A DNA stretch of 59,941 nucleotides, counting the filler, from Globobulimina sp. (taxonomy: Eukaryota): assembly GCA_003354225.1 (NCBI GenBank). It is 13 parts of 13 records of this genome, joined end to end, with 100 filler letters (N's around TTAATTAATTAA, not from the genome) between each part and the next. Parts side by side here need not be neighbours in the genome. Positions count along the whole stretch, not along the records: positions 55,433 to 59,941 come from PIVH01001176.1; 12 more parts are not named here. One strand, written 5' to 3'. Made by a program: the position numbers and the translations under genes. How positions within the stretch are numbered: position 1 is the stretch's first letter; every line of letters starts with the position of its first letter. Positions 59,729 to 59,941 of this stretch are shown here, one piece after another. The notes beneath the pieces were generated by a model. That model did not search any database, was not told the DNA's origin, and worked only from the letters and a program-made list of their open reading frames with translations.

Positions 59729-59941
59729 CGATCATAATATTAATTATATTCACATATAAATAATGAATGATCATAAATAATGTATAAACCTCCTGCTTGT
59801 TTTGGATGCACGTTGTCGCATTTTCTGTCTTTTCTTTTTTTTTATTATATAAATGCCTGTTTTTTTTCCCTATTTTTTTTTTTTTTTTTTTTTTTTATTT
59901 TTTTATTTTGTGAATTTTTTTTTCTTTTTTTCTTTCAAAAA

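Noticed and set aside
1-59941. Genome-wide stop-codon reassignment (ciliate-like code)
   Set aside because: Most long genes are open in the standard code, and TAA, TAG and TGA each end genes at expected C-termini.
59820-59941. T-rich tail as a terminator or retroposed poly(A)
   Set aside because: Low-complexity sequence at the contig end; it cannot be distinguished from an intronic or intergenic tract.

Overview
This window is not one locus. It is 13 unrelated contigs of about 4.5 kb, ordered by decreasing length (4527 to 4509 bp) and joined by artificial 100-bp spacers (N44-TTAATTAATTAA-N44), so nothing is linked across a spacer. The DNA is AT-rich, gene-dense and eukaryotic, with short spliceosomal introns (mostly 53-78 nt). 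The gene repertoire (7TM-RGS, PT-repeat surface proteins, F-box/LRR-like and ART-like expansions) suggests a rhizarian, probably a foraminiferan; this is inference only. Recognisable genes: HECT ligase end, Patched/NPC1-type SSD protein, Cys/Met PLP lyase, GNAT, 7TM-RGS, OLE1-type delta-9 desaturase, degenerate G-alpha, CMSS1, guanylate kinase fusion, Helitron Rep-PIF1 helicase, FANCL-like RING, GT2-like protein, polycystin-like REJ/GPS receptor, C2H2 zinc-finger protein, MFS transporter and a bacterial topA fragment. The most interesting signals are: (1) an MJ1316/DUF504 RNA-end-recognition domain fused to a bacterial-type PARG; (2) an LRR-RhoGAP protein ending in an ADP-ribosyltransferase-like domain, preceded by an unnamed domain that recurs on another contig; (3) a Helitron Rep-helicase with HeH/Rho_N-like repeats and a USP-like Cys-protease tail; (4) a contig with a 101-bp terminal direct repeat (circle or tandem array) carrying the desaturase; (5) many frame disruptions, including four in-frame TAG/TGA codons one G-to-A change from TGG. 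All domain calls come from motif recognition by eye; no searches were run.
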